Made by a program: the position numbers and the translations under genes. Below the pieces are notes generated by a model. That model was not told the origin of the DNA, did no database searches, and worked only from the letters and a program-made list of their open reading frames with translations. Positions 37,450-47,260 of a stretch of 64,000 nucleotides of DNA are shown piece by piece. Source of the DNA: an uncultured Actinomycetota bacterium (GTDB taxonomy: Bacteria > Actinomycetota > Actinomycetes > Prado026); NCBI GenBank assembly GCA_963711005.1, contig CAVQCJ010000002.1, forward strand, positions 1,166,963 through 1,230,962. Reading direction: 5' to 3'. The first letter of the stretch is position 1; each line of letters starts with the position of its first letter.

Positions 37450-37716
37450 CTACTTCCAGCGGAAGTGGACGAAGATGCGGCCCCAGTTGTCGGAGTCCTT
37501 CTCCACCCGGTGGTACAGCGCCTTGATGTCTTTGCGGTCGAGGAAGCGCAGCACGTGCTTCTTGAGAGCGCCGCTGCCCTTGCCGGGGATGATCTCGACC
37601 AGCTTGGCCTTCTTGGCCACGGCCTCGTCCATGATCGCCTGCAGCGCCCGGTCGATCTCGCCGCCGTGGTTGTAGATGTCGTGCAGGTCGAGCTTGAGCT
37701 TCACGGGGCCCATCAT
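37450..37716 (-). CDS. Stand-alone Smr-domain protein (88 aa)
   Basis: KLDLHDIY...AKLVEIIPGKGSGALKKHVLRFL matches the Smr layout (DLH ... xGKG). Pro replaces the usual His of HGKG. Confidence 0.8.
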   Translation of the reverse strand: MMGPVKLKLDLHDIYNHGGEIDRALQAIMDEAVAKKAKLVEIIPGKGSGALKKHVLRFLDRKDIKALYHRVEKDSDNWGRIFVHFRWK

Positions 37717-37741
37717 TGCCGACGCTCGCTAGGGTCGAGGC

Positions 37742-37960
37742 ATGTGCCGGAGCATCAAGACCCTGCGCGAGCCGTACACCGAGGACGTCACCGACGAGGA
37801 CGTCCGCGCGGCTGCGCTGCAGTACGTCCGCAAGATCAGCGGCTTCCGCAAGCCGGCGGCCCACAACGCCGAGGCGTTCGACGAGGCGGTCCAGGCGGTC
37901 GCAGCGGCCACCTCGCACCTGCTCGACCACCTCGAGGTCCGGGGCGCGGCCGCCCGTTGA
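37742..37960 (+). CDS. DUF2277-like small protein
   Basis: MCRSIKTLREPYTEDVTDEDVRAAALQYVRKISGFRKP...AFDEAV matches my recollection of the DUF2277 consensus. Confidence 0.75.
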   Translation: MCRSIKTLREPYTEDVTDEDVRAAALQYVRKISGFRKPAAHNAEAFDEAVQAVAAATSHLLDHLEVRGAAAR

Positions 37961-39603
37961 GTGCTGTCCTCGTCGCGCGTGGCCTGTCGGTCGGCCACGG
38001 CGACCGCGTGCTGTTCTCCGGGCTCGACCTGACCGTCGGCCCCGGAGACGTCGTCGGGCTGGTCGGCGCGAACGGCGCCGGGAAGTCCACGCTCCTGCGC
38101 GTGCTGGCCGGCGAGCTGGCCGCGGACAGCGGCAGCGTGGACCTGTCCCCGCGCACCGCCCACGTCGGCTTCCGCACCCAGGAGCCGGGCCGCCACCCCG
38201 GCGAGACTGTGCGGGCGTGGCTGCACCGCCGTACCGGGGTCGGCGCGGCGACGGTGGAGATGGAGGCGGCCGCGCACGACCTCGTGACCGAGACCGGCGA
38301 CGCCGCAGACCGCTACGCGCACGCCCTCGAGGCGTGGCTGGCGATGGGCGGCGCCGACCTCGACGAGCGCATCCCGGCCGTGGCCGCGGACCTCGGGCTG
38401 ACGGTCGACCTCGACCTGCCGCTCGCCGTGCTGTCCGGTGGCCAGGCGGCGCGCGTCGGGCTGGCCGCGCTGCTGCTGTCACGGTACGACCTGTACCTGC
38501 TGGACGAGCCCACCAACGACCTCGACGTCGACGGGCTGGACCTGCTCGAGGAGTTCGTCGACGGCGTCGAGGCAGGGATCGTCGTGGTCAGCCACGACCG
38601 CGAGTTCCTGTCCAGGACGGTCACCACCGTGCTCGAGCTGGACCGGAGCCTGCAGCGGGCCGCCGTGTACGGGGGCGGGTACGACGCCTACCTCGAGGAG
38701 CGCTCGGTCGCGCGGCTGCAGGCCAGGCAGGCGTACGACGACTTCGCGACCCGCCGCTCCGAGCTGGCGGCGCGGGCCCGCACCCAGCGGGCCTGGATGG
38801 AGAAGGGCGTACGCAACGCCCGGCGCAAGTCCCGCGACAACGACAAGATCGGCCGCAAGTTCCGGGCCGAGTCGAGCGAGAAGCAGGCGGCCAAGGCCCG
38901 GCAGACCGACCGGATGATCGAACGGCTCGCCGTCGTCGAGGAACCCCGCAAGGAGTGGTCCCTGCAGTTCGCGATCGCCGAGGGACCTCGCTCCGGCGAC
39001 GTGGTCGCGACCCTGCGCGACACGCAGGTGCAGCTGGGCGGGTTCCGGCTCGGGCCGGTGAGCCTGCAGCTGGACCGGACCGACCGGGTCGCGGTCACCG
39101 GCCCCAACGGCGGCGGCAAGTCGACGCTGCTGGCCGCGATGCTCGGCCGGGTCCCGCTCACCGCCGGCGACCGGCACCTCGGCCCGGGGACCGTGGTCGG
39201 GGAGGTGGACCAGGCCCGCGGGCTCTTCCTGGGGTCGCAGCCCCTGGGCCGGGCGTTCGAGGACCTCGTCCCGGACTGGCCGGGCGCGGACGTCCGGACG
39301 CTGCTGGCCAAGTTCGGGCTCGGCGCAGACCACGTGCTGCGGCCGGCCGCCGGGCTCTCGCCGGGTGAGCGCACGCGGGCTGCGCTGGCGCTGCTGCAGG
39401 CCCGCGGCGTGAACCTGCTGGTCCTCGACGAACCGACCAACCACCTCGACCTGCCCGCGATCGAGCAGCTCGAGCAGGCGCTCGACGCCTTCGGCGGGAC
39501 GTTCCTGCTCGTCACGCACGACCGGCGGATGCTCGACACGGTCCGGCTCACCCGCCGCTGGGAGGTGGCCGACGGCCAGGTCACGGAGATCGCGCCGGAC
39601 TGA
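37957..39603 (+). CDS. ABC-F family ATPase (two ATPase cassettes, no membrane domain)
   Basis: GANGAGKST / LSGGQ / LLDEPTNDLD, then an Arg/Lys-rich linker, then GPNGGGKST / LSPGE / VLDEPTNHLD. The TTG start overlaps the DUF2277 stop. Confidence 0.85.
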   Translation: MSAVLVARGLSVGHGDRVLFSGLDLTVGPGDVVGLVGANGAGKSTLLRVLAGELAADSGSVDLSPRTAHVGFRTQEPGRHPGETVRAWLHRRTGVGAATVEMEAAAHDLVTETGDAADRYAHALEAWLAMGGADLDERIPAVAADLGLTVDLDLPLAVLSGGQAARVGLAALLLSRYDLYLLDEPTNDLDVDGLDLLEEFVDGVEAGIVVVSHDREFLSRTVTTVLELDRSLQRAAVYGGGYDAYLEERSVARLQARQAYDDFATRRSELAARARTQRAWMEKGVRNARRKSRDNDKIGRKFRAESSEKQAAKARQTDRMIERLAVVEEPRKEWSLQFAIAEGPRSGDVVATLRDTQVQLGGFRLGPVSLQLDRTDRVAVTGPNGGGKSTLLAAMLGRVPLTAGDRHLGPGTVVGEVDQARGLFLGSQPLGRAFEDLVPDWPGADVRTLLAKFGLGADHVLRPAAGLSPGERTRAALALLQARGVNLLVLDEPTNHLDLPAIEQLEQALDAFGGTFLLVTHDRRMLDTVRLTRRWEVADGQVTEIAPD

Positions 39604-39617
39604 CGTACGTTGGGGCC

Positions 39618-39992
39618 GTGGACGAGAACCGGGCCCGACGCGTGGTGGACGCCCTGCGCGAGCGTGGGGTGGACGCGCACATGGAGAAGGCCGGTGTCTA
39701 CCAGTTCGGCGTGCGGGTCGACCTGCACGACGGCCGGCAGGCGGTCTGGGACAGCGACGGCACCGCCGAGCTCGAGGCGCAGGTGATGCTCGACGGCGTG
39801 CTCGTCGGGTTCGTTCCGGTGATCGACGGTTCGGAGGACTTCGACGAGGCCCAGGTGGTCGACGCGATCAGCCGTACCGACTACGACCAGCCCATCGCCA
39901 CCCGGCTCCCGTCCGCCCCGGCTCCCGCGCCCGCGCTGACCCGCGAGGGCGGCCTCTTCCGGCGGTTCCTGGACGGTTTCCGCTACCGCTGA
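39618..39992 (+). CDS. Hypothetical protein
   Basis: Protein-like composition, 14 nt after the ABC-F stop. No family recognised. Confidence 0.55.
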   Translation: MDENRARRVVDALRERGVDAHMEKAGVYQFGVRVDLHDGRQAVWDSDGTAELEAQVMLDGVLVGFVPVIDGSEDFDEAQVVDAISRTDYDQPIATRLPSAPAPAPALTREGGLFRRFLDGFRYR

Positions 39993-40129
39993 CGGTCCGT
40001 CCCCGCTGACGGAGCGTGATCGGCCCTCAGGTTCCCGCCGGTCCGCGTCGAAGCCTCCAGGACGGACCGGCGCCCCGCCGGTCCGGCCGAATCCGGACGG
40101 GGTTGTACGCACCGGGGAGTGCGAGGGTC

Positions 40130-42106
40130 ATGGGACGGTTCAGTACTGGTCTGCGGGTGCACGCCGCGAGTCGCATCGCGAGCGTCGTGCTCGGGGTGAC
40201 GCTGGCCGCGATCTGCGCCGTGGCCCTCACCGCCAGCGTCGGGCTGCACCGCGCAGCCCAGACCGCCCAGGCCAGCGTGACCGCGTCCAACCTCTCCCAG
40301 CAGGCGCGCTTCTTCTCCGTCGCCGAGTCGGACGCGCTCGGCTCCTTCCTGCTCACCCAGGGACCGGAGCTGCGCGACAGCTACGAGACGCTCTCCAGCG
40401 GCCTCGACGACACGCTGACCGCGCTCGAGGCCGAACCGTCGGTGCAGACTGCCGGCGAGCAGCAGACCCTGACCGACCTGCTGATCGCTCAGACCCAGTA
40501 CGAGACCCTTGCCAGACGGACGTTCACGTTGAGCGTGCGCGGCCACCTCGACGAGGCGCGGACGCTCTACCGGACCGAGATGACCCCGCTCACGGAGCGA
40601 GTGCAGACCACGCTGCGCGCGCTCGAGACCCGGCACACCGACGACGCGGTGCGCGACCTCGGCACGGTCGCGCACCAGGGCGAGATCCTGCGGGTCGGCA
40701 CGCCGGCGGTACTCGCCGTCGCGCTGCTCGCCCTCGGACTGCTCGGCCTGGTGAAGCGGCGACACCGGCTCGCCATCGAGAGCCAGGCCGTGCACGACGC
40801 GCTGACCGGGCTGCCCAACCGCACCTTGTTCCTCGACCGTGCCCGGCAGACGCTGGCGTCGGCGGCCCGGTCCGGCGCCCAGCCGGTGGTCATGGTGCTG
40901 GACCTGGACCAGTTCAAAGAGGTCAACGACACGCTCGGTCACCACTTCGGCGACCAGCTGCTCGTGGAGATGGCCGAACGCCTTTCCGCGGTGATGCGCC
41001 CCGGCGACACCATCTCCCGGTTCGGCGGAGACGAGTTCGCGGTGCTGCTCACCTCCGGCGGTCGCGACGCCGGCGGGCGCGTCGCCCAGCGGATCGCCTT
41101 GGCCCTCGAGCCCCCGTTCGAGCTCGATGGCGTCAGCGTCGGCATCGAGGCGAGCATCGGCATCGCCACGTACGCTCCGCCGGCTCCGGACGGCGACGGC
41201 GTCGGGCGCGACATTCCAACGCAGGTCGTCGACATGGTCCGCCGCGCCGACACCGCCATGTACGTGGCCAAGTCCGAGCGCAGCGGGTTCGTCCACTACG
41301 CCGACGGTCGCCAGGACGCCAGCCCGAACCGGCTTGCGGTCCTCGGCGAGCTGCGCCAGGCGCTCGACCGCGACCAGCTCATCGCCTACTTCCAGCCGAA
41401 GGTCGCGGCCGACACCGGTGAGCTCGTCGGCGTCGAGGCGCTGGTGCGCTGGCAGCACCCGACCCGCGGCCTGCTGCTGCCCGCCGACTTCATCCGGCTC
41501 GCCGAGGGCACGACGCTCATCCACCGCATCACCACGGTCGTCATCGACCAGTCGCTGGCGTTCGCGCGCGACCGGCTCGACCACGGCCTGCGCCTGCCGG
41601 TGGCGGTGAACGTGAGCACGCGGTGTCTGCTCGACGCCGCTTTCCCGTCGTCGGTGGCGCGGCAGCTGGCGGAAGCCGACGTGCCGGCGGACATGCTCTG
41701 CCTGGAGATCACCGAGAGCACGATCATGGTCGACCCGGACCGCGCGCTGGCAGTGCTCCGGGACCTGCACACCATGGGCGTACGCCTGTCGGTCGACGAC
41801 TTCGGCACCGGCTACTCGTCGATGGCGTACCTCAAGATCCTGCCGGTGGACGAGCTGAAGGTGGACCGCACGTTCATCCGCGACATGGCGACCAACGACA
41901 GCAACACCGCGCTGGTGCAGAGCGCCGTGGACCTCGGTCACAACCTCGGCCTCGCGGTCGTCGCCGAGGGCGTCGAGGACGGCATCACGCTGGTGGCGCT
42001 GCAGGCGGTCGGCGCGGATGTGATCCAGGGCTACTACACCGGCCGCCCGATGGCCCCGGACACGCTGCGCGAATGGCTCAGCACCCGCACCCTCACCCCC
42101 AGCTGA
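40130..42106 (+). CDS. Membrane-anchored GGDEF/EAL signalling protein
   Basis: N-terminal TM helix, helical sensor region and a second TM. RFGGDEFAVLL (GGDEF), VGVEALVRW (EAL) and DDFGTGYSS are all intact. Confidence 0.9.
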   Translation: MGRFSTGLRVHAASRIASVVLGVTLAAICAVALTASVGLHRAAQTAQASVTASNLSQQARFFSVAESDALGSFLLTQGPELRDSYETLSSGLDDTLTALEAEPSVQTAGEQQTLTDLLIAQTQYETLARRTFTLSVRGHLDEARTLYRTEMTPLTERVQTTLRALETRHTDDAVRDLGTVAHQGEILRVGTPAVLAVALLALGLLGLVKRRHRLAIESQAVHDALTGLPNRTLFLDRARQTLASAARSGAQPVVMVLDLDQFKEVNDTLGHHFGDQLLVEMAERLSAVMRPGDTISRFGGDEFAVLLTSGGRDAGGRVAQRIALALEPPFELDGVSVGIEASIGIATYAPPAPDGDGVGRDIPTQVVDMVRRADTAMYVAKSERSGFVHYADGRQDASPNRLAVLGELRQALDRDQLIAYFQPKVAADTGELVGVEALVRWQHPTRGLLLPADFIRLAEGTTLIHRITTVVIDQSLAFARDRLDHGLRLPVAVNVSTRCLLDAAFPSSVARQLAEADVPADMLCLEITESTIMVDPDRALAVLRDLHTMGVRLSVDDFGTGYSSMAYLKILPVDELKVDRTFIRDMATNDSNTALVQSAVDLGHNLGLAVVAEGVEDGITLVALQAVGADVIQGYYTGRPMAPDTLREWLSTRTLTPS

Positions 42107-42182
42107 TCGGCTTCACCTCGCAGACCGCTGCATGGGAGCGCGCCCCAACGCCGCATCTGCAGCATTCCGCCGGGTGAAGCGG

Positions 42183-42737
42183 TCAGTCCATGGTGCGGGC
42201 GTGCGCGCGAAGGATGCGCCGGCGCTGCAACAGCGAGAGCCGGTCGATGTACAAGCCGCCGTCGAGGTGGTCGACCTCGTGCTGCAGGCAGCGCGCGAGC
42301 ATGCCCGTCCCGACGACGGCGACCGGCGCGCCGGTGGCGTCGAAACCGGTGACCACGGCCCGGTCGGGGCGAGCCAGGTCCGCGCTCTCGCCAAGGATCG
42401 ACAGGCAGCCCTCGGCGTCCTCGTCGAGCACCCGCTCCGGGACGTCCGGCAGGGCGAGCCTCGGGTTGACGACGACGCCGCGATGGCGGACCCCGTCCTC
42501 GTCGGCGCAGTCGTAGACGAACACCCGCACGGCGCGGCCGACCTGGTTCGCGGCCAGCCCCACGCCGTCGGCCGCGTACATGCTCGCGAACAGGTCGTCG
42601 ACCAGCTCGGCGAGTGCGGCGTCGAACTCCGTGACCTCGGTGCACGTGACCCGTAGCACCGGGTCGCCGACCTGAACGATCGGCCGTACCGTCCCGCCGC
42701 CGTCCTCGACCGCATCTGCGTGGGACACGACGAGCAC
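42183..42737 (-). CDS. def: Peptide deformylase
   Basis: GVGLAANQVG, EGCLSI, HEVDHLDG. Confidence 0.9.
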   Translation of the reverse strand: MLVVSHADAVEDGGGTVRPIVQVGDPVLRVTCTEVTEFDAALAELVDDLFASMYAADGVGLAANQVGRAVRVFVYDCADEDGVRHRGVVVNPRLALPDVPERVLDEDAEGCLSILGESADLARPDRAVVTGFDATGAPVAVVGTGMLARCLQHEVDHLDGGLYIDRLSLLQRRRILRAHARTMD

Positions 42738-42774
42738 GGTACTGAATGCGGCGACCCGGGCCGCGGGCTTCGGG

Positions 42775-43965
42775 TCAGATCGGGTCGGCGGCCAGCTCCT
42801 GGTCGAGGGTGAGGTCGAGCTCGCGCTCCAGCGCCAGCTCGCTCTCCCGGTCGATGCCGGCCAGCCCTGCCTCCCACTTCTGCTCGATCCGGCCGAAGTG
42901 CCAGACGGCCAGGGCCACGGCCCACGCGAGCACGAACAGCCCGACGATCGCGAAGCCGACGAAGTTCAGGTCCAGGCCGGCCACCCAGGCGACCGGGCCG
43001 GTAGTGACGCCGAGCTTGTCGGCGACGACCGAGAGCACCTCGATGGTCCCGATGATCAGCGCGACCGCGACGCTCAGCCCGGTGATCGCGATGTTGTAGT
43101 AGACCTTTCGCACCGGCTTGGAGAAGGCCCATCCGTACGCGAAGTTCATGAAGCACCCGTCGATCGAGTCGAGCAGGCTCATGCCGGCCGCGAACAGCAC
43201 CGGCAGCGTGAGGATCGCGTACCAGGGCAGCGAGAAGGCCGCGGCGCCGCCGGCGAGCACGAGCAGACCGACCTCGGTCGCGGTGTCGAAGCCCAGCCCG
43301 AACAGGACCCCGACCGGGTACATGTGCCAGGGCTTGGTGACCGCCTTGGTGGCGCCGCCGAGGAAGCGGTTCATGAAGCCGCGGTTGCTCAGGTGCTCGT
43401 CCAGCTCGGCCTCGTCGTACTCGCCGTGCCGCATCGCCCGGAACACCCCGAGGATCTGGCGCAGCACGATCAGGTTCAGCACGCCGATGACGAGCAGGAA
43501 GAAGCCGGAGACGGCGGTGCCGATGAGACCGGTGACGCTGTGCAGGGTGGAGGAGTCGTTCTCGACCTGGCCGGCCAGGGCCCGCACGCCGGCGGCGAGC
43601 AGCACGCACAGGACGAACACGATGGTGGAGTGGCCGAGGGAGAACCAGAAGCCGACCGAGACCGGGCGCTTGCCGTCGGCCATGAGCTTGCGGGTGGTGT
43701 TGTCGATGGCGGCGATGTGGTCGGCGTCGAAGGCGTGCCGCATGCCGAGGGTGTACGCGGTCAGCCCCAGCCCGACGCCGAACAGCTGGGTCGACGTCAC
43801 GTGGTAGTGGTGCGGGACGACCAGGGCGAGCAGCACGCCCCAGCCGAGCACGGTGAGGAACAGGACGAACAGGGCCATCCCGACGACCGCGACCCACTCG
43901 GACCGGGTCAGGCTGGCGGCCGCGCGCCGGCGCAGCGACGGGGTCGCGGACCGGGCGGTTGTCAT
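42775..43965 (-). CDS. HoxN/HupN/NixA family nickel/cobalt transporter (NiCoT)
   Basis: Signature RHAFDADHIAAIDNTTRK, LGFDTATEV, 8 hydrophobic segments. The ATG at 43965 is preferred over 44001. Confidence 0.9.
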   Translation of the reverse strand: MTTARSATPSLRRRAAASLTRSEWVAVVGMALFVLFLTVLGWGVLLALVVPHHYHVTSTQLFGVGLGLTAYTLGMRHAFDADHIAAIDNTTRKLMADGKRPVSVGFWFSLGHSTIVFVLCVLLAAGVRALAGQVENDSSTLHSVTGLIGTAVSGFFLLVIGVLNLIVLRQILGVFRAMRHGEYDEAELDEHLSNRGFMNRFLGGATKAVTKPWHMYPVGVLFGLGFDTATEVGLLVLAGGAAAFSLPWYAILTLPVLFAAGMSLLDSIDGCFMNFAYGWAFSKPVRKVYYNIAITGLSVAVALIIGTIEVLSVVADKLGVTTGPVAWVAGLDLNFVGFAIVGLFVLAWAVALAVWHFGRIEQKWEAGLAGIDRESELALERELDLTLDQELAADPI

Positions 43966-44045
43966 GACTGGGACGCTAACGCCCCCGACTTGCTGTTGCA
44001 ACCAGTAGGCAATAAGGACGGCCGCGGGCTCTAGAGTCCCGGGCC

Positions 44046-44762
44046 ATGGAGCTGACCGACTTCGAGGCGCTGAGCTTCGACTGCTACGGCACCCTCATCG
44101 ACTGGGAGGCCGGGATCGGCGCCGTGCTCGCCCCCTGGGCCGGCGAGAACGGGCTCGACCTCGACCGGGACGCTCTGCTCGCGGCGTACGCCGGCCACGA
44201 GGCGGCCACCGAGTCGGCCCAGCCGGGGGCGCTCTACCCGCACGTGCTGGCGAGCAGCTTCTGCGCGCTGGGCGCCGAGATCGGGGTGCCGGTGACGAAC
44301 GAGTGGGCCGCCGCGCTGGGCAACTCCGTCCCGGACTGGCCGGCCTTCCCCGACTCGCACGAGGCGCTGGCCGCGCTCGCCGCCACGTACAAGCTGATCA
44401 GCGTGTCCAACGTGCACCGGGCCGGGTTCGCGGCCAGCAACGAGCGGCTGGGCGTGCGGTTCGACCGCATCGTCACCGCTCAGGACGTCGGCTCGTACAA
44501 GCCGGCACCCGGGCACTTCGACGCCCTGGACGAGGCGCTCGCCGACCTCGGCGTGGCGCCCGGACGGCTGCTGCACGTCGCGCAGAGCCTCTTCCACGAC
44601 CACGCGCCGGCTCAGCGGCGGGGGCTGCCAACGGTGTGGATCGACCGGCGGCACGACCGGCCCGGCTGGGGCGCCACCCCGGCGCCGCCCGACGGCATCG
44701 CGCCGGACTGGACGTTCCCGTCCATGAAGGCGTTCGCCGCCGCCGCGACCGGATCAGGCTGA
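44046..44762 (+). CDS. HAD-superfamily hydrolase (haloacid dehalogenase type II-like)
   Basis: FDCYGTLIDWE motif I, ISVSN (motif II region), GSYKP. Confidence 0.85.
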   Translation: MELTDFEALSFDCYGTLIDWEAGIGAVLAPWAGENGLDLDRDALLAAYAGHEAATESAQPGALYPHVLASSFCALGAEIGVPVTNEWAAALGNSVPDWPAFPDSHEALAALAATYKLISVSNVHRAGFAASNERLGVRFDRIVTAQDVGSYKPAPGHFDALDEALADLGVAPGRLLHVAQSLFHDHAPAQRRGLPTVWIDRRHDRPGWGATPAPPDGIAPDWTFPSMKAFAAAATGSG

Positions 44763-45809
44763 CAGCTCCGCGGCAGCCGGGTTGCGGCGCCGCCAAACCA
44801 GCAGCGTGCCGAGCCCCAGCACCAGCGGACCGAGGATCGTGACGCTGCGCCAGACCACGAGACCGGCGACGATCTCCGGCTCGAGCGCGGTACCGCAGAT
44901 CTCGGTGAACGCGGCGATCAGCGCGGCGTCCAGCACGCCCAGACCGGCCAGCGGCATCAGCGTCAGCGGGTACGCGAGCAGGAACGTGCCGATGATCTGG
45001 TCGACGGTCAGGGCCGAGGCGCCCAGCCCGACGAAGCGCAGCGAGAGCGTGAGCACCACCGCGTCGGCGAGCACCATCGCGACCAGCGCCAGCAGCGAGC
45101 GGGCCAGCCCGGCCCGGACGTTCCCGGCCATCCGGCCGCGGAACTGCACAACCGAGCCCGCCCACGCGTCCGGGTCGACCGAGGAGCGGAACCGGTGCGC
45201 CACCCGACCGGCGCTGCGCCCGACTACACGGGCCAGGCCGTCGCCACGGACGACCAGTGCCAGCCCGACGAGGATCGCCGCGGCGAGCAGTGCGGAGCTG
45301 AGCGCGGCCACCAGCTGACCGCTCTCGAACCCGTGCACCGACAGCGCGATCAGGCCGAGGGCAGGAGCGAGGAACCGCACGCTGTAGAAGGCGAGCATGT
45401 TGAGCGTGACGCCGGCCATCCCGTCGACGGGGTCCAGGCCCCAGGACTTGAACATCGACACCCGCAGCACGACGTCGGCGGGCGGCGGCGCCATCGTCCC
45501 GACGAGGTTGGCGGTCAGGTCGTTCTGCAGGGACCGCCACCACGACAGGCCGGGCACGAACTGGGTGAGCGGGACGGCGTTGAACGACTGCCGCACCAGC
45601 AGGCCGACCAGCAGCAGCGCGATCTGCGCGATGCTGAGGCGGTGCAGGGCGTCCAGCACGGCCGCCCAGTCGATCGCGCCGACGAACTGGATGATGATCC
45701 AGCCGACCGCGATCGAGATGGCCAGCAGGATCGCCGGACGTACGAAGATCCGCAGCCGGCGCCACCCCGCCGGCGCCGGTCCTGCGGCGGACGTGTCCGG
45801 CCCGCTCAC
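44754..45809 (-). CDS. UPF0104 / lysylphosphatidylglycerol-synthase-TM-region family membrane protein
   Basis: Polytopic, with P(L/A)xxG(L/G)G-type motif LMPLAGLGVLDAAL near the C-terminus. GTG at 45809 is chosen because upstream translation is Arg-rich junk. Confidence 0.7.
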   Translation of the reverse strand: MSGPDTSAAGPAPAGWRRLRIFVRPAILLAISIAVGWIIIQFVGAIDWAAVLDALHRLSIAQIALLLVGLLVRQSFNAVPLTQFVPGLSWWRSLQNDLTANLVGTMAPPPADVVLRVSMFKSWGLDPVDGMAGVTLNMLAFYSVRFLAPALGLIALSVHGFESGQLVAALSSALLAAAILVGLALVVRGDGLARVVGRSAGRVAHRFRSSVDPDAWAGSVVQFRGRMAGNVRAGLARSLLALVAMVLADAVVLTLSLRFVGLGASALTVDQIIGTFLLAYPLTLMPLAGLGVLDAALIAAFTEICGTALEPEIVAGLVVWRSVTILGPLVLGLGTLLVWRRRNPAAAELSA

Positions 45810-45939
45810 CCGACGTGCACCGGCGCACCGGGACCCAAGACGGCGGCCGGGAGGGGGCACGGGGTGATGTCCACGGGCGCAGGCTACCGCTGCGGGGTGT
45901 CCGGCTCGGAGACGTCGGCGGCGCGCTGGGCGCAGGGTG

Positions 45940-47040
45940 CTAGTGCATCGCCCCGCGGGCCGCGACCGGCCAGAGCGACTCGACCTGTCCGCCACGCACG
46001 CCCACATACCAGTCGTAACGGTCGACCGTGGGGTCGCAGTGGCCGGGCACCAGCAGCAGCTTCTCGCCGAGCCGGGCAGCGACGACGCCCGGACCCGCGC
46101 CGACCGCGAGCGTCCCGTGCTCGTCGGACGCGCCGACGTACTCGACCCCGGGGCGCGCGTGCACCAGCGGCAGACCGGAGTCGACGGCGAGCGCCTTGTG
46201 CCCCGCGTCGACGACGGCGGCGCCAGGGCGGGCCGCACTCATCACGGTGGCGAGCACGAACAACGACTGGTCGAACTCGCGTACCGGCGCACCGTCGTCG
46301 CCGAGGTTGCGGGCGTAGTCGGCGTCCATGAACGCGTAGCTGCCGGCCTGCACCTCCGTGTAGACACCGCTGCGCGCGTCGAGCCGGAACGTCCCGGTGC
46401 CGCCGCCGGTCACGACCGCGCACCGCAGCCCCGCACCGGCCAGGAGATCGACCGTGCCGGCGAGCAGGTCGGTGGCGTGCCCCACGGCGGCCTCGCGCTC
46501 CGCCGGCGTGCGCAGGTGCTGCGCCGCGGCCTGGTAACCCTGCAGGCCGCCGAAGCCCAGGTGCGCGGCCGCCTCGACAGCCAGGGCCAGGACCACAGCC
46601 GGCTCGCCCGGCGCGACCCCGCACCGATGCGCGCCGACGTCGACCTCGACGAGGACACGCAGCACGACTCCCGCACGGTCGGCGGCCGCGTCGAGCGCAT
46701 GCACCTGCGTGAGGTCGTCGACGCAGACCCCGACGGTCGCCTGCCGGGCCAGCACCGCCAGCCGGTCGACCTTGGACCGGCCGACCACCTCGTTGCTGAC
46801 CAGGACGTCGCCGACCCCGCCGGCGACCATGGCCTCGGCCTCGGCGACCTTCTGGACGCAGACGCCGACGGCCCCACGGGCGACCTGCTGCGCTGCGACG
46901 GCCGGTGACTTGTGCGTCTTGGCGTGCGGCCGCAGCGCCACCCCCGACGTGCCGATGAACGCCGCCATCCGGTCCAGGTTGGCCTCGAAGGCGTCCAGGT
47001 CGAGGACCAGCGCCGGCGTGTCCACCTCGTCCAGCGCCAT
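45940..47040 (-). CDS. PLP-dependent D-threonine aldolase / D-serine dehydratase-like (alanine racemase N-terminal fold) enzyme
   Basis: DTPALVLDLDAFEANL, PLP-lysine motif LRPHAKTHK, C-terminal GHCDPTV. Confidence 0.8.
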   Translation of the reverse strand: MALDEVDTPALVLDLDAFEANLDRMAAFIGTSGVALRPHAKTHKSPAVAAQQVARGAVGVCVQKVAEAEAMVAGGVGDVLVSNEVVGRSKVDRLAVLARQATVGVCVDDLTQVHALDAAADRAGVVLRVLVEVDVGAHRCGVAPGEPAVVLALAVEAAAHLGFGGLQGYQAAAQHLRTPAEREAAVGHATDLLAGTVDLLAGAGLRCAVVTGGGTGTFRLDARSGVYTEVQAGSYAFMDADYARNLGDDGAPVREFDQSLFVLATVMSAARPGAAVVDAGHKALAVDSGLPLVHARPGVEYVGASDEHGTLAVGAGPGVVAARLGEKLLLVPGHCDPTVDRYDWYVGVRGGQVESLWPVAARGAMH

Positions 47041-47260
47041 GCCCGGGGCCGCCGGAGCCGGCTGCTGCACGTCGACCCTCCCTCGCCTCGCCACCCTGCC
47101 AGTCGGCAGGCTAGGCGACTTCGGTCGTCGGGGTCAGGCCCGGGTGAAGTGGGCGAAGCCGCTGACGGTGTCGGTGAGCCGCGGGGTGCCGGGGCACCAG
47201 CTTCGCGTTGCCGCTCACGTCGGCGGACAGCAGCTGACCGGCGGTCAGCTCGGCGCTGGC

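Noticed and set aside
36113-38482. 789-aa minus-strand ORF, and similar very long ORFs elsewhere (for example 46410..49658 -, 46709..49738 +, 19249..21228 +, 32327..34081 -, 39983..41941 -, 60543..63446 read as a single gene).
   Set aside because: Their translations are Arg/Ala/Gly/Pro-rich low-complexity strings. They lie antisense or out of frame to genes with clear family motifs. These are the usual open shadow frames of very GC-rich DNA.
43966-44045. Possible cobalamin or metal riboswitch upstream of the NiCoT transporter.
   Set aside because: The divergent intergenic region is only about 80 nt, too short for a B12 element, and I saw no conserved B12-box-like sequence.
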